64,000 bases of DNA from an uncultured Candidatus Saccharibacteria bacterium (lineage in GTDB: Bacteria; Patescibacteriota; Minisyncoccia; Phycocordibacterales; UBA5272). Location: positions 22,548 to 86,547 of the forward strand of contig CAZEIK010000003.1 of assembly GCA_964512315.1 (NCBI GenBank), written 5' to 3'. The notes beneath the pieces are model-generated. The model saw only the letters and a program-made list of their open reading frames with translations. It was not told where the DNA came from and searched no databases. Of this stretch, positions 60,056 through 64,000 are shown piece by piece (within the stretch, counting starts at the first letter, position 1; every line of letters starts with the position of its first letter). Position numbers and translations under genes: made by a program.

Positions 60056-60698
60056 GCTCGGCGTCTAGGTACTTAGAGAAGTTCTCAACCGAAGCGATAT
60101 CCGCTAGATTAGTAATTCTTGTGCCATTAATAATGAATGACGGTGTTCCTTGTAGACCAATAGAAGCAGCCTCTTTCATGTCGCGCTCAACTCTAGCCTT
60201 CACACTAGCGTCAGCCATGTCGGTCTTCATTTTATTAGTATCTATTCCAAGAGCTGCAGCATAGCCAAGTATTTTGACTTCTGCATCTAATGCATTAGCC
60301 CATTCTTCTTGTTTCTCAAACATAACTTTTTTAAGCTCCCAGAATTTATTCTGACGCCCAGCCGCCTCAGCAGCAATAGCTGAAAGCATAGCATTTTGAT
60401 GTATTTGAGTTAATGGGAAATATCTATAGATAAATTTAACTCTGTCAGAATACTTAGCCTCAACAGCAGTTACTATTGGCTCAAATGCTTTACAAGAAGG
60501 ACATTGAAAATCAGCATACTCAACAACTGTAACCTTAGCATCACTTGGACCAACATAATGGTCATCAGCCTGAGTCACAACGTTAACTGGTGCTTCTAAT
60601 TTTTTAACTTGAGAGTATTTGTTATAAGCAAAGAAAGCTATCAAAGCGAGTACTACTGCGATGATAATATTTCTAGTTGAGAATATTTTAGTTTGCAT
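60045..60698 (-). CDS. DsbA-family thiol:disulfide oxidoreductase.
   Basis: TM anchor, CPSC active site. Confidence 0.75.
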   Translation of the reverse strand: MQTKIFSTRNIIIAVVLALIAFFAYNKYSQVKKLEAPVNVVTQADDHYVGPSDAKVTVVEYADFQCPSCKAFEPIVTAVEAKYSDRVKFIYRYFPLTQIHQNAMLSAIAAEAAGRQNKFWELKKVMFEKQEEWANALDAEVKILGYAAALGIDTNKMKTDMADASVKARVERDMKEAASIGLQGTPSFIINGTRITNLADIASVENFSKYLDAELAK

Positions 60699-60711
60699 GC
60701 TACTAATTATA

Positions 60712-62097
60712 TCACAATAATTTGGGGCACAAATTCTTATTTATATAAGCTTTTACATCGAACTTCTTCTCGCAACCACTGCGAGCCATATATCTAATAT
60801 TCCCAAATACAGGCCTCGGGAACCAGGCTCTGTCATGCAGTCCTCCTATACTCCACAGTACTCCAACATACGCATTGGGGCATCTTCCGTCCAACTCATA
60901 TACATTGTTAAGATATATTGCTATCTTTATCGCCTCTTCTGGACTCTCACTCCACTCCAAGATTTTCTTTGCCCAATACATTCTCATGTAACCATGCATC
61001 TTGCCTGTCGTGACCATTTCTAATTGCGCAGCATTCCACAAGTCATCATGGGTCTTAGCCTCTTCGAACTCTTTTAATGTGTAAATATATTCGCGCTTAT
61101 CTGTCCTTGCTTTATTGAGTGTCTCTTGTGCCCATTTGGCCAAGCCCTCGAACTTATCATAATTAGAATTGTAATAACAATAATTCTCTGACAATTCAGC
61201 ACGCACAATCAACTCTTCTAGGTAAGCATCATTTATCGCGTCTGCAATTTTCCTTTTTCTCTTTTTCAAATACTCCAAGACTATTCTCTGTCTGCTGATC
61301 TGGCCGAACATTATGTATGGCGACATATTGCTCTGCCCATCGATCGCCGCATCATTGCGTGCTTCGTCATAATTTACAACTTTGTTATCTAAAAAACTTT
61401 CAAGTTGCTTTGTAGCTGCATCTTCGCCAGATTTCCACTCAACAGAAAAAGTGTTTATTTTCTTAATACCTTTAACGTCACGCTTAATAATGTCCCAATT
61501 AGTATTCTTAATGCACTCCTCAACAAAATGCTTATTATTACTTTTATTTGTTTCGATTTCTGGAAAATCGGTCAGGAACTCTCCTATTTGCTTATGTATT
61601 TTAGGACGTATTGTTCTGGCTGCGAATTCTTGCTTATCGGATGTGATCCAGACCGGGATAATATTATACGCATCCACCTTGTGCGCAGCGATATTATTTT
61701 CTTTAAAGAATTGAGCCTCCCACAAGTTAGAGTCACGTATCGGCGTCATATCTAGGACCAATATCCTAGCCTTCACTTCTTTGCACAAGTCAGCCAGTGA
61801 CTTCGCAGTATCCTTGGTGTGCAGCACTATCATCGGTATATTTAACTTCACCAAGTCACGCTGAACCTGTTTCAATCCATCGAACATAAAGTCATAACTT
61901 CTCTGCGCCCCATCACAATACTCATCATATACACTAAAAACTACATACAACTCTGAGTTACTTTTTTCTGCTAATTGTGAAGCGTATATAAGAGCCCAAT
62001 TATCTCGTACCCTCTGGTCGCGCGACATGTGATACAACACTGCTCCACCTTTATAACCAGCATCGTTCAAAGCCCTAACCCTCCTCATATCAAACAT
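60712..62097 (-). CDS. phr: Class II CPD photolyase.
   Basis: YHMSRDQRVRDNWAL ... YMRMYWAKKILEWSESPEEA ... GVLWSIGGLHDRAW, a close match to archaeal/eukaryotic-type class II photolyases. Confidence 0.85.
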   Translation of the reverse strand: MFDMRRVRALNDAGYKGGAVLYHMSRDQRVRDNWALIYASQLAEKSNSELYVVFSVYDEYCDGAQRSYDFMFDGLKQVQRDLVKLNIPMIVLHTKDTAKSLADLCKEVKARILVLDMTPIRDSNLWEAQFFKENNIAAHKVDAYNIIPVWITSDKQEFAARTIRPKIHKQIGEFLTDFPEIETNKSNNKHFVEECIKNTNWDIIKRDVKGIKKINTFSVEWKSGEDAATKQLESFLDNKVVNYDEARNDAAIDGQSNMSPYIMFGQISRQRIVLEYLKKRKRKIADAINDAYLEELIVRAELSENYCYYNSNYDKFEGLAKWAQETLNKARTDKREYIYTLKEFEEAKTHDDLWNAAQLEMVTTGKMHGYMRMYWAKKILEWSESPEEAIKIAIYLNNVYELDGRCPNAYVGVLWSIGGLHDRAWFPRPVFGNIRYMARSGCEKKFDVKAYINKNLCPKLL

Positions 62098-62233
62098 ATT
62101 TAGATTGTAGCATTAAAAATTGCTAATATAACTAGTTTAAATATTTGACACCTATAAAAGTAAGTTGTATAGTGATATTTAAATTTTGAGTTCGCTCAAA
62201 ACAGATCTTTCAACCACCCGAGGAGATACGTTA

Positions 62234-62956
62234 ATGTCACAAGTATTTCAAGCTACGAGTCCGACGCACAACACCAACCCAAAAGACCTGCTAAATGCAG
62301 AGATCGGGGAAACTTTCAAGATTGCCTTAAGGAAAAAAGAAGGTAATCGCAACTATTCGGGTTACATCATGCTCGAAGTCATACTCGTGGACGGTAGTCC
62401 TGCCGTAAAGGTTACCGACTCCACTTTCGAGCCAATTCAACTTCAAGACTACCATCGGCTACATTTATGGATAAGCCACCTGAAATTTAAAAAGTTCCAT
62501 CACGCAAGAGGCCAAAAAGGTCAGCTACTCTCTGAACTTTTCAATGCCCTACTTTGGGCCACATCGAGCGACTACATACCTCCACAAACTCCCAAAAACA
62601 GGGAACCACATCTCAGGCTCGTGGTTCCTCAACCGAGACCAGCTGCTATACAGCTGGGAGAAGAGAAGGTTGTACCAATTACTGAAGACTTCGTCTTTGG
62701 GAAACTCAAGCCCAATCAATTCATCCTTGGTAGTGGCAAAGTCGCAGGCCGCAACTACGTTCTCTTGCGGAAGCATAATGATGGCTACGGGGTCATGATG
62801 ACACTCGTCAGAACAGACATCGAATGTCTTGCCGGACTTATCAACACAAAAGACGGCGAGGTCAGCATGTCCGACATACGCAACAACAAAGGCCAATTTG
62901 GTGGCTGGCTTTATGACATGCTCCCGCTTATTGGCAAATTCAAATGGAGAACATAA
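62234..62956 (+). CDS. Orphan about 240-aa protein in a compositionally foreign cassette.
   Basis: Ribosome-binding site GAGGAG before the internal ATG 62234. About 50% GC. Strong terminator. Abuts the tRNA-Leu 3' end. Confidence 0.5.
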   Translation: MSQVFQATSPTHNTNPKDLLNAEIGETFKIALRKKEGNRNYSGYIMLEVILVDGSPAVKVTDSTFEPIQLQDYHRLHLWISHLKFKKFHHARGQKGQLLSELFNALLWATSSDYIPPQTPKNREPHLRLVVPQPRPAAIQLGEEKVVPITEDFVFGKLKPNQFILGSGKVAGRNYVLLRKHNDGYGVMMTLVRTDIECLAGLINTKDGEVSMSDIRNNKGQFGGWLYDMLPLIGKFKWRT

Positions 62957-62975
62957 GGAAAGGAGGATCCCAAAC

Positions 62976-63007
62976 CAAAAAGCCGCTCTCGCGGCTTTTT
63001 TTATTTT
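62976..63007 (+). terminator. Intrinsic terminator.
   Basis: aaaaagccgc-tctc-gcggcttttttt. Confidence 0.8.
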
Positions 63008-63008
63008 G

Positions 63009-63090
63009 TGCCCAGGAAAGGACTTGAACCTTCATGCCTCGCGGCACTTGCTCCTAAGGCAAGCGTGTCTACCAATTTCACCACCTGGGC
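63009..63090 (-). tRNA. tRNA-Leu(UAG).
   Basis: Long variable arm. Anticodon loop CTTAGGA. GCCCAGGTGGTGAAATTGGTAGACAC... Confidence 0.8.
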
Positions 63091-63128
63091 AGGTGTGTAA
63101 TGTAAACATTCTAACATAAAAACAAAAA

Positions 63129-63147
63129 ACTTCTAGTGCCCCCAGTA
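63129..63147 (-). repeat. 19-nt copy of the tRNA-Lys 3' end (T-loop / acceptor 3' strand). att-site-like direct repeat.
   Basis: gtgcccccagtaggattcg is identical to 63264-63282. Confidence 0.7.
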
Positions 63148-63265
63148 GGATTCGGTCACAAAACATATTCCGCTAACGCTTCATTGTTTCGCGACCCCGT
63201 ATTCGGATCCTAACAAAAAGATATTTCGATATCTTTTTTCTGTGTTCACAATTTTTACAAAATTG

Positions 63266-63338
63266 TGCCCCCAGTAGGATTCGAACCTACGACCGTCTCC
63301 TTAAGAGGGAGCTGCTCTACCAACTGAGCTATGAAGGC
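63266..63338 (-). tRNA. tRNA-Lys(CUU).
   Basis: GCCTTCATAGCTCAGTTGGTAGAGC..., anticodon loop CTCTTAA, T-loop TTCGAATCC. Confidence 0.8.
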
Positions 63339-63414
63339 AATTAAAAAATATATTAACACACAAAATACTTTTTGAAAATACGCAAAACAAAAGGCCGGAT
63401 TTTTAGTCCGGCCC

Positions 63415-63861
63415 TCACGTCGACATCTCACTCTCTTTGCACAACTCCAGTAACTTAATTGCCGGGCGAATACTGATGTAAAGCACACCCTCTTTTGGTT
63501 GATGGCAAAGACAATGGTGGGTTAACTCGAGGAACTTCTCTGCCACGAGTCCCAGAACCGCTTGAGTGAAGAATTTGCGAAAGTTAGGATCCGATGACCC
63601 CTCGTAATGCTGCGAGAAAACTTCGAACAGATTCTGGGAGCAAATGTACCTACCATGAAAGTCGACTTCTACAAATAAGCGAATCAAGCAAGCCTGTATC
63701 TCTTGTACCTCACTAGCTCGATGATCGTCATAAGCCCGGACCTCTTCCTTTAGCTTGTCATGTAGATCAGTAACCGCCCAATTCAAGAAAAGCAGAAAGA
63801 GGAGACAGGGTGTAGTAGTCTCTAGATCAAAAAACTCTAGCACCTCTAAGACCTCCAGCAT
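63415..63861 (-). CDS. Orphan about 149-aa protein in a GC-rich region that extends past the window end.
   Basis: Ribosome-binding site AAGGGAGG-N6-ATG (63861). Terminator hairpin ggccggatttttagtccggcc at 63393-63413. Confidence 0.45.
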   Translation of the reverse strand: MLEVLEVLEFFDLETTTPCLLFLLFLNWAVTDLHDKLKEEVRAYDDHRASEVQEIQACLIRLFVEVDFHGRYICSQNLFEVFSQHYEGSSDPNFRKFFTQAVLGLVAEKFLELTHHCLCHQPKEGVLYISIRPAIKLLELCKESEMST

Positions 63862-64000
63862 AATCTGGCCTCCCTTCAAGAAAAAATAGTTGAACTAATG
63901 GCGCTCAACAACGAGCCCACCGCTTTCTCAAGCTCGAGAATGAGGCCGATAATTGGATATGCGGCCTCGATACGCAGACACACCAGAACCGTGGCGCACA

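Noticed and set aside
63255-63488. 77-aa minus-strand ORF ending ...AQLVEQLPLKETVVGSNPTGGTIL.
   Set aside because: It translates through the tRNA-Lys gene, a typical tRNA-derived pseudo-ORF.

Overview
Low-GC (about 35%), gene-dense window with almost all genes on the minus strand. Gene content fits a reduced-genome, CPR/Patescibacteria-like bacterium: short ribosomal proteins, an AspRS without the GAD insertion, an AlaRS without the C-Ala domain, and host genes that essentially lack Shine-Dalgarno sequences. Recognisable backbone, in order: a partial atpB; yciB; a DsbA-like gene; a complete SUF Fe-S assembly cluster (fur-family regulator-sufB-[insertion]-short sufD-sufS-sufU-sufC-DUF59); mnmA; a DEDDh exonuclease; mltG; leuS; aspS; trpS; grpE-dnaK-dnaJ; an rpsI-rplM-rplQ-rpoA-rpsD-rpsK-rpsM-rpmJ-infA block; alaS; a capA-like gene; tRNA-Thr; trmD-KH-rpsP; rnr; tRNA-Gln; an accessory stretch carrying LysM, DUF1398-like and FAD-oxidoreductase genes; dnaX; dus; serS; an F1Fo ATP synthase operon (atpE-F-H-A-G-[insertion]-D-C, with atpB elsewhere); ychF; a class II photolyase; tRNA-Leu and tRNA-Lys. 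The most unusual signal is a set of six or more compositionally foreign cassettes (about 50-55% GC). Each has a strong GGAGG-type ribosome-binding site and its own intrinsic terminator, and each encodes an orphan protein. They sit next to the 3' ends of housekeeping genes or tRNAs (sufB, mnmA, rnr, dnaX, tRNA-Leu, tRNA-Lys). Three further observations fit the same picture: a GNAT cassette flanked by imperfect 40-bp copies of the ychF 3' end, a partial copy of the tRNA-Lys 3' end, and a GC-rich structured element between trpS and aspS.
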